64,000 nt of DNA from Eledone cirrhosa (taxonomy: Eukaryota), in the NCBI GenBank assembly GCA_964016885.1, contig OZ024741.1:141546001-141610000 (forward strand), written 5' to 3'. This document shows, piece by piece, positions 51,848 to 64,000 of the stretch. Within the stretch, counting starts at the first letter, position 1. Each line of letters starts with the position of its first letter. A program made the position numbers and the translations under genes. The notes beneath the pieces were generated by a model. It did no database searches. It saw only the letters and a program-made list of their open reading frames with translations, and was not told the DNA's origin.

Positions 51848-51908
51848 TATTCTATTATATATATTTCAAGGGTACCAAAACTTTGGTACGCTTTCATCAG
51901 ATAAAATA
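51848..51908 (-). ncRNA. Type I hammerhead ribozyme with canonical core
   Basis: Minus strand: stem I TATTTTAT/ATAGAATA; CTGATGA (51900-51894); stem II AAGCGTACCAAA/TTTGGTACCCTT; GAAAT-ATAT-ATA with a short palindromic stem III; AUA cleavage triplet. Confidence 0.8.
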
Positions 51909-52179
51909 CAAAGTTTGTTTTATAGATATTGACATATCCAAGAAAAAGATACCTTAATGGTTCAAGTTTTCCTTGGATAGTGAAGGGATAAGAGAAGAAA
52001 AGTCGGATATTTCAAATTATTAAGATGAGTATGCAAATGATGTTGAGGTATAGGGATGAAAAAAACGTTATTTTAGACGCTATACGTCTAAATTATTTAA
52101 GAATTTAAATAATTAGAAATTATTTAAGAATTTAAATAATTAGGATATATGTATGTATGAGTATGAGGAAGTGCTTGTA

Positions 52180-52850
52180 TTTACGTTAATTTGAAAGGCA
52201 TTAACAATTTGGGGGAATGGAGGAATATGATTCCAGAATTTACATTTATTTAGCTATATTATTAAATTCTATTAGTGCTTTACGTGCAGTTAGAATTATA
52301 TTCATTTCATCACTAGATAGGTCTGTATGTTTAGAAGCGTAGATAAATGCCTTATTAAGTAAGCTAGGGGTAATAGAGGAGTAGTAATTTTCAATATCCA
52401 TTTGAATGAATTTTTTGTTATGTTTTAATTTTAGTACCGTTCCATAGTTTAAGGTGTGATTTTTCTTTAATTAGTGGCATAATTCTATCTAATATATGCT
52501 TTCTAATTATGCCTAAGTCCGATTTAGATGGTGCGATGAGTCTGACTGGTAGTTCAATTTCAAAGATCCGATAGAAAATCTTCCACTTCACTTTCACATT
52601 TAATTTGGAACTTAAAAGACAACAATATAGACTATTCAATATCTTGGGGAATGATTTCGAAAGCACCTGCATACCGAAATATGACTTTCTCAAGATTATG
52701 TAACTTGTGTAACGATGAAATTTTTTATATAATTAACTATCAAAACTCTATTAATCTTAAAACAGAATTATTTTCTTCTTGCAGACATCCACTTTCAAAA
52801 ATATTTTTACTCCAGACATCCACTTTCAGAAGTATTTTTAATTTATGATA
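52180..52850. mobile_element. Hydra-like PLE fragments joined in inverted orientation
   Basis: Minus ~52200-52575 encodes RT N-region LPVRLIAPSKSDLGIIRKHILDRI; plus ~52590-52850 encodes endonuclease C-terminus LCNLCNDEIFYII...LKTELFSSCRH. Confidence 0.7.
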
Positions 52851-53259
52851 TTCATTATACTTGACTATCTTATACACCTTCAAAATGATCCTATTTTGAG
52901 TAAATCATTCATCAAATTTAACGGTTAACAAGCAAGATTGGAGTTATCTTTCCTTTTTCAATCGTGCAAACATAAACATGATATAATATAATATGTACGA
53001 TAAACTATATAACTTCGTTCAATTAACAATATTCTGAAAATATTTTCAATGTTGGAACAAAATATTCGAATCTACAAATTATTTTCCTCTTACAACTTGA
53101 ACCACCTCTTTTTTATGTAAAATCCTAATTATTTAAATTCTGCATAGCGTCTAAAATAACGTTTTTCTTCAGCCCTATAGCGCTTTGGCTTCTAACTAAT
53201 TCACCAATCCCTCCTCTCCTATCTCCATCTCTCTCTTTAATATTGGTTACTCTTGAACT

Positions 53260-55183
<1,924 letters not shown>

Positions 55184-55777
55184 GGTGCTACTGGTAACAT
55201 GTATCCCAGTACAACCTGTCTCATGGTCGGGTCGTTGGCGACTAAACTGGCAACCCCACCAAGGTTTCTTGGTGAGGAGGGTGACTTTGGACATCCTGCA
55301 GGACTAAAAACAAAACCTGTCAAAGGGCAAAGGAGCTCTTAAGAGTCAATGGCCATCCAAAATCACCGGGAGAGATGACCCCTTAGCCTTTGTCAAGGCA
55401 GAATTCTAGGAGAAGGAAAACTCTGATATAACACCTGCAACCCTGATGGTATCCAATGATGTTGACTTGTTCTTCTTTTTGGTAAATATCATCTTGGTTA
55501 AGAGAGTGGGACTGGCTTTGTGCAGTGCCTTTGCTCACTATAAAAGCTTCACGGCACAGGCATTGCTTTATATCTGGAGATCTCTCTGCACTTGTCGTCA
55601 CATGGTACCATGGGCCCAGCACTATGTGTCAATAATTGTCACAGGTGTAGTGTTTGTACCAGAGTTTTCAAGTCACTGGCTGGACTAAAAAGTCACACTT
55701 GTTCAGGGCATCGGTAGGGGTTCTCCTACATGGATATAAAGTAGTGGCCGTACTCGAAAACGAGTTGGCAGCCACCA
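55184..55777 (+). mobile_element. RTE-type 5' UTR / non-autonomous RTE derivative in (TA)n
   Basis: CTGGCAACCCC, AAAACCTGTCAAAGGGC and CTAGGAGAAGGAAAACTCTGA resemble RTE-clade 5' UTR motifs as I recall them; no coding domain seen. Confidence 0.5.
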
Positions 55778-55873
55778 TATATATATGTATGTATATATGT
55801 GTGTATGTATGTGTGTATGTGTGTGTATATGTATATATGTATGTGTGTGTGTATGTATATATATATGTGTATG

Positions 55874-56340
<467 letters not shown>

Positions 56341-56529
56341 CCACTCATCCCTCTCCTACCACCTGAAAAGATATAAATACCACTCTATATATATATATAT
56401 ACATATATATACATATGTATGTGTGTATATATATATATATATAGTATTAAGGATACTATTTATGGTTGTGTATATACTAAAACCTTTTATAGTTATATAT
56501 ATATATTATACCCTAAATAGTGAAAGACA

Positions 56530-59500
56530 GTAATTTATTACTATCTTATTACCAGTAAGATAAATAGCTCAATGTAACAACATCAGTTGGTTTACAGAGC
56601 AGTTATATAGAGATTACATGAAACACAGTTCTGTTTAAATTATTTACTTGCTTACAATTGTTTCTTCCGAACCGAGGTTTGGAGTCTACGGAGCAATTAT
56701 TCAGTGATTTTTAACATACTTGACCTCCTTTTCAACACAAGAGACATATAGAAACATATGTATATATTGACCCACAGTGGGTTGACATCCATTATAATAA
56801 TATAGCATGGTAATTTACATACAAAGATTACAGTCATATTAAAGGACAAAATTAAAGTTAAAATTAAAATTAAAATTAAAATAAAGCATTGGCAGTCTAC
56901 TAAGATAAAGCAAAAGAAAAGTTTGGAGTAGCCAGTGTATGCAACAGTCACACGTGTGGAATGCGCGCGTGTCCTATTTATACAAGATTATAGTGCGGCA
57001 GATTGTTACAAGTAAAACAAGCAGTCAAAGCAGGCAATCAAGAGCATCATGGGGGCTGAACTGGTAAAGCATTATTCACACACACCTGTACGATATAGAA
57101 GCCCGTGTGTGGAGAAACACCAAAAATATCAAAAATATTATAAATGAGAAGCAAAACAGCACCATTGTCCTCGTACACACCACCACTCTTACAATCCAGG
57201 AAACGCAATTTATAGACTACATGTCCATCTCACAATCCACGATGATTCAACATTGGGTGCCTGGTGAACCATGCTAGAACATCACCGCTTGTCGTTCTTT
57301 AATTCGATTCCATAGAGTAGGTTGTTTTTGTTGTGAGAGATGACATCGTATTATATTCCGGAAGTGTGTGTGTGGGATTAAGGGGAGTTAATGCGTAAGG
57401 GGAGGTAACTAGCTGATTTCTATAGCTAAATTTATTATCCTAAAGTACATTAATGGTGTCTCAAATGAGTTCCCATCGTATAAGGTTATAAACAATTTTT
57501 AAATTTAAGTATCTTATCTATAAATTACAGTGAAGTCTATCAAGAAGTACTAAAGGTGTTCATATTAGGATGATTACCTTCTATCATAGAGTGCCCCCAC
57601 CGAACATTCCACATGAAGAGTCAGATCTACAAATCAATGATCTCTGTAAGTGTAGTCCACCCGCAGGACCTGGCAGGGTCTTATTAGAATCACTTCTATA
57701 TATGACTCCTGGTAAGTTCTGGGTCATTGCATGTCTGATTACATGGCAAAGTTAAATATCACTAGGGTAGTCCAGAGATCAATTCTCACCCACGAAGACA
57801 CTAATCTGACCATCAAGTCATACATGTATTTATAACTCATACATCACCTGTACATAATTCATTGCACTCAGCATATAGATTATATAGCTCTTTTATGTTA
57901 ATAAATTAATTAATTACTTAATCTTCCATTTATCCAATGATGGCACTACATACACAGGACAATGTTAGCACAACCAATTCCGTGCTTAAAGTTTACATTG
58001 GTGTAATGTAGTCTAAGCAATTGAAGGCCAATATACCAAAAGTAGAAGTACATGGGGATATCCCCAAGGTAAAAGGTACTAGGAGGATGTCACTATTTGC
58101 GTTAAAGTGGATTAATGGGTATGGAGATGAGGTGTAAGGTGTGCCCCTGATGATTGCTGCTAGAGGTGGTGACGGGTTCAAGTCTGACATTGTTATATAT
58201 TGGGTTTAAAGTTTTGGAAGGAGTGTCGGAAGCGGTGTTGGCAAGACGCGAACACTTCTGATTTTTTATTAAGGAGGTTATGGTTTGAGAAGATGATAGC
58301 ATGGGTCTCCAGTAGACAGAGGTTTCAAAATTTATTAGGTGGTTTGTACGATGTCGCGTTACCTATCACTTCCCATTTAAGTGTATATGGTTTATTTTTA
58401 GTTTTTAGATAGTGTATGTAGCTAGATAGTGAAGTGGATTTGGCTAGACTGTGTTTTTTGAAATAGTGGAGGTGCGAATTGTATATGGTTTTGAAGCAGT
58501 GTGAAGTAGAGCCTATATAGGTTTCAGAAGAGTTGCTAGTTGTGACTGTGCATGAGTATATGATATCCTTGGTTAAGCATTTTTTATCTAAAGGGCAGGT
58601 TCTATTTGATCTACAGTTACAATTATTCTGGGTGTTAGTCTGCCGGTTATTATGTTGTGTAGAAGTCTGGATGGTAGTTATAGGGTTATGGTTATGTGGG
58701 TTGACGTTCCCAGCGTTATTGTTTACACAAGTGTTATTACTATTATTTCTATTGATATTAGGGTTAGTTGCTATAATGTTATTTTGAAGGTTTATCGTCC
58801 GTTGTGATTTAGTTTGCTGGAAGTAAGGATTATTTTTTTCTTTTATTGCTACTAGCTATGTGGTATGCTATGTTAGGCGTAGTAGAGTAGGAGATGTTAA
58901 TAGTGTTTTTGTTTAAAAGGCTATGGTACTTATGGCCGGATGGGAAGTTTTTATCTAGTAGTGAGAAGAAAGCCCTAGGTAGGTTGGTAGAGACGTTTAG
59001 ATTAAAAGGAGGGTTGAAAAATGTATTATTTCTTCTTCTATTTTTGTTTTTTATGTCTGGTGAGTTGTTTCCTTTTATGGTACTATGGTAATTTCTGTGG
59101 TGTGGGTTACTTTTGTTGTTACCATCCCTATTAGTGTGTGTGTGGTTGCTATTCCTATTATTAAATTTTCCCATGGACATGTTGTGTGAAGTAATGTTGT
59201 AGCTATGCGTTTTTGTAGGTAGGAACTCTATCCCTGTATTATGGCCTGATCTAGCTAATGCCTGATTATAATACTGCGAGTTATTGTTAAATGTGTTTAT
59301 GTCATAGGATAGATTAGAGATTCTATTAGATATTCCCTTAGAGATAGAGTTTAATATAGATCTAGGGTGGTTAGACTTGGTATCTACGTAGATGAGTTTT
59401 TCATTAGGTTTGTGGAAAGGTGCATATATCATTGAGTCTAGGTAGAGTGTGGCGTCTAGGAAGTTGACGTTTTTGGTGTTTTTGTCCATGGTAATACTAA

Positions 59501-60462
59501 GGTTATAGTTTTTGAATGTCTTGTGCAATAGTTTTCTAGTTGTTTCTATATTAAATTTTTGATAATCTATAAGTAGAAGTGCATCATCGCGGTACAAACC
59601 ACCGTTGAGGTATGGAAGGTCCTTATGGATTTTGCTAAGTAAATATAGGCCTACTAAATCAGTGACCTGCGCCGAGTTACTAGATCACATGGTAATGTCG
59701 AAGTTGTTTTGCGTATCCTTGCGGGTCCATAATTGGTCTTCAAAGGTGATTACTGTTTTACGGGCCGCAAGTATGACATCAATCTGGGGTCTAGTCAGGT
59801 CACTATTGTCCATGGCCATGATATGTTCCTTATGTGTGATGGACATGTAGTCTATAAATTGCGTTTCCTGGATTGTAAGAGTGGTGGTGTGTACGAGGAC
59901 AATGGTGCTGTTTTGCTTCTCATTTATAATATTTTTGATATTTTTGGTGTTTCTCCACACACGGGCTTCTATATCGTACAGGTGTGTGTGAATAATGCTT
60001 TACCAGTTCAGCCCCCATGATGCTCTTGATTGCCTGCTTTGACTGCTTGTTTTACTTGTAACAATCTGCCGCACTATAATCTTGTATAAATAGGACACGC
60101 GTGCATTCCACACGTGTGACTGTTGCATACATTGGCTACTCCAAACTTTCCTTTCGCTTTATCTTAGTAGACTGCCAATGTTTTATTTTAATTTTAATTT
60201 TAATTTTAATTTTAACTTTAATTTTGTCCTTTAATATGACTGTAATCTTTGTATGTAAATTACCATGCTATATTATTATAATGGATGTCAACCCACTGTG
60301 GATCAATATATACATATGTTACTATATGTCTCTTGTGTTGAAAAGGAGGTCAAGTATGTTAAAAATCACTGAATAATTGCTCCGTAGACTCCAAACCTCG
60401 GTTTGGAAGAAATAATTGTAAGCAAATAAATGATTTAAACAGAACTTTGTTTCATGTAATCT
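56530..60462 (-). mobile_element. Hydra-like PLE (RT + C-terminal GIY-YIG), 5'-truncated, with a ~620-bp inverted terminal segment
   Basis: GGLYRDDAL, VNFLD, KPN, SNHP, FFNPPF, ISYS, CNCR-x3-TCPL-x3-CL, IIY...YIG, LKW and ASCQH; arms 56611-57234 and 59833-60462. Confidence 0.85.
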
Positions 60463-60473
60463 GTCTCTCTCTG

Positions 60474-61311
<838 letters not shown>

Positions 61312-61444
61312 GTAGTCAATGACTGTAACAATAGTCGACTACTATAATTATTAGTTGAGAAAATTGGGTGATATTTATTCTCAAGATCCGAAAATATTTT
61401 GTCAAAATATCCAGTGTACATATTGTGGATATAATTATCACTGA

Positions 61445-61735
61445 AGGTGCAAGGTGTAGAAGGCTTACAGAGATGGATTCACGACTTTACTATCCTGAGT
61501 TCGAATCCCGTAACGGTCAGCGTGTTTTGTGATAATGATACTTCATTTCACGTTGTTCCAATTTACTCAACTGTCAAAAATGAATTTTACTTATATTTCG
61601 TTCAAGGGAGCTTTGTCACAGTGAATTTTCTTGGGATTTGCGTTAAGCGTGCAGGTTACATTCCTGAGAGGCTCTTCTGTTGTTCAAACAACTGGAAAAT
61701 ACCTCGTCGCAACTAACGGACATCAAATGAAGCAT
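61445..61735 (+). mobile_element. SINE S2, decayed
   Basis: B-box GAGTTCGAATCCC; TTCACGTTGTTCCA...CTTTGTCACA...GCAACTAACGGA. Confidence 0.55.
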
Positions 61736-62007
61736 ACAATCCCCCACCCCCAACACACAACCACACACGCACGTACTCTATATAGAACGGAACGAGGAAG
61801 TGGTGTTACATGTTATTCACAACTAGTATGAAAATAGCCCTGGTAAGAATAACTTAATAAGTTGAAAGTACAGTTGTGGTTTAAATATATTATTTGGTTC
61901 GAAATTCTGAGAACGTTGCCAAATACAATAGGAACCTGGAGAATAACAATCCAAAACGTTGGGATTATCATTGAATTGGGGGAAATTTAAACGAATAAAT
62001 TAGTGTA

Positions 62008-62118
62008 TAATAATTGTTTCTACTTTAGGCACAAGGCCAGCAATTACCCAGTGCATTACTGGTACTTTATTTTATCGACCCCGTTAGGATGAAAGGCAAA
62101 GTTAACCTCGGCGGGATT
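62008..62118 (-). mobile_element. SINE S1, 3' half
   Basis: Close match to 749-858; tail GGCCTTGTGCCTAAAGTAGAAACAATTATTA. Confidence 0.8.
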
Positions 62119-62444
62119 AATAATGTAGTCATAGAAGCAAGTATGAGAAAATACAAAAAACGCCCTGCTATAATTGAATGAATATAACAAGTGAACTTTG
62201 GTTGACACTTGTCACTACGTTAATAACTATTATCTCCCTCACTCTCTCTCATGATCTCTCTCTATCTGTCTATCTATATCTTTTTCTGCTCTCCCTCTTA
62301 TTCTTTCTCTCTCTCTCTCTCTATCTATCTCTTTCCCACTCTCTCTACCTCTCTTATTTTCTTTCCTCTCTCTTTTACTCTTTTACTCTCTCCCATCTTT
62401 CTTACTCACTCTTATACACCCACTCACTCTCTCTATCTCTCTCT

Positions 62445-62499
<55 letters not shown>

Positions 62500-63705
62500 T
62501 CGTGAGTATCCAAAATTTTAGGTGATTTCACTCCTGAAAGTAAAGACGATCAACTTATGGAAGTCTCCCACGAACTCTCTTACGACATTATGCTGGCATG
62601 TTTGGCAATTGCTATGCGAATGACTGTTTCATGAAGAGGACATGACATTTATTCGAATAGCAATAGTGGAGCATGCGCATTACATCAAACAACACAAGAT
62701 ATTGAAAACACTGCTTCAATTGAACTCGGCGTCAGACAAAGCAAGCTATTGGAATCACTCCTTCATTTGTATTCAGCATCAACTAATTCTTTACAGAAAC
62801 ATCAGAGAACGTCCTCATTCTAATTCCATCCATGGGCTCTTAACTCTTATGGAATCTTAGGAACATTCTCGTGACATTTAAACATGGTAGAGCCAATCCT
62901 TTTCCATGTCGGAACAGTTTATTTCTACCAGAGTGGTGAATACAGAGAGAGGTGAGAAAGTGACAGAAGAAGAATTGATTACAATATTGAACAGGTATTT
63001 TATTTATCGCCCTCAATTTGGAATGCAGAGAGCCAGAATGAATACCGGGTCATTTCGTCCGACGCTCTAACGACTCTACCAACTCACCTCCTATCATCAT
63101 CATCGTTCTAATTGCTATATTATAAAGCTCGGGGAAAACATATTTTAATAATAGTCCAGTCTCTTTTCTAGCTCTCGCATATAACAGTAATGTTGGAATT
63201 TATGGCCAGTAACAGAAAATAATGAAGTTATTTTCAAATTTTCTGGAGCATCACTGACTTATAAAGATTCTTTGTCTGATTTATATTGATTAGTTGTCTG
63301 TGTTAAGCTGTGCATCAGAAGGCCTGATTTATGTGCATCGTATGCAGCGTTAGATAACATTCTGCTTCCTCCTTTCGTACGTTTTCATTGATAACAGAAT
63401 ATGTAATGCTTACGACAGGCTGAACAATTTAGAGAAAAATAAGGTTGTGAAAATATCTTATTTCTTTTATTGTTGTTGTCGCCCTTTAATATGTTTCTGC
63501 TCAACAATTTCCACTCACTAGGCTTGTATTTGTATAAATCAAAAAAAAAATGAAACACAAAAAATAAACTTCCTAAGATCTTAATGGAGCCGAACTGCGT
63601 ATGACGATAAATAGGAATTGACATTTTTTTTTCTCAAGCTGTTTATTCTGAAGCTAGTTTTACATGCGCGCATACATACACACCTACGCCATATATATAT
63701 ATATG

Positions 63706-63767
<62 letters not shown>

Positions 63768-63867
63768 GTATATAAATATATGTATATATATATGTATATA
63801 AATATATATATATATATATATATAATGTATATAAATATATGTATATATATATATGTATATAAATATG

Positions 63868-63898
<31 letters not shown>

Positions 63899-64000
63899 AT
63901 AAATAAATGTATATAAATATATGTATGTATAAAAATAAATGTATATAAATATATGTATATATTTACACGCACATATATATATATATGTGTGTAAATATCT

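Overview
AT-rich animal genomic DNA, almost entirely repeats. The SINE families resemble those of octopus/coleoid cephalopods, but that organism call is inference. I found no host gene, rRNA, tRNA gene or CRISPR array. (1) Between about 11.8 and 34 kb lie two arrays of non-LTR retrotransposons whose junctions are (ATT/TAA)n tracts. R4/Dong-clade elements (RT plus restriction-like endonuclease; two families) are all on the minus strand, and one copy has an uninterrupted 1130-aa ORF. Tx1/L1-clade elements (APE plus RT; two families) are all on the plus strand, and one is full length. The first array starts at the (ATT)n tail of a tRNA-derived SINE whose last ~22 nt align without gaps to the Tx1 3' end. 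(2) Many Penelope-like element (PLE) remnants sit in (AT)n microsatellites. They include Neptune-like and Hydra-like RT/GIY-YIG fragments, several type I hammerhead ribozymes (best at 2968-3045 + and 51848-51908 -), and fold-back insertions whose inversion points map onto hammerhead features, one exactly at the predicted GUC cleavage site. (3) Also present: CR1 and RTE fragments, an RTE-type 5' end with a degenerate HDV-like fold, a hAT-like MITE, SINEs and long compound microsatellites. All alignments and folds were done by eye; coordinates of decayed elements are approximate.
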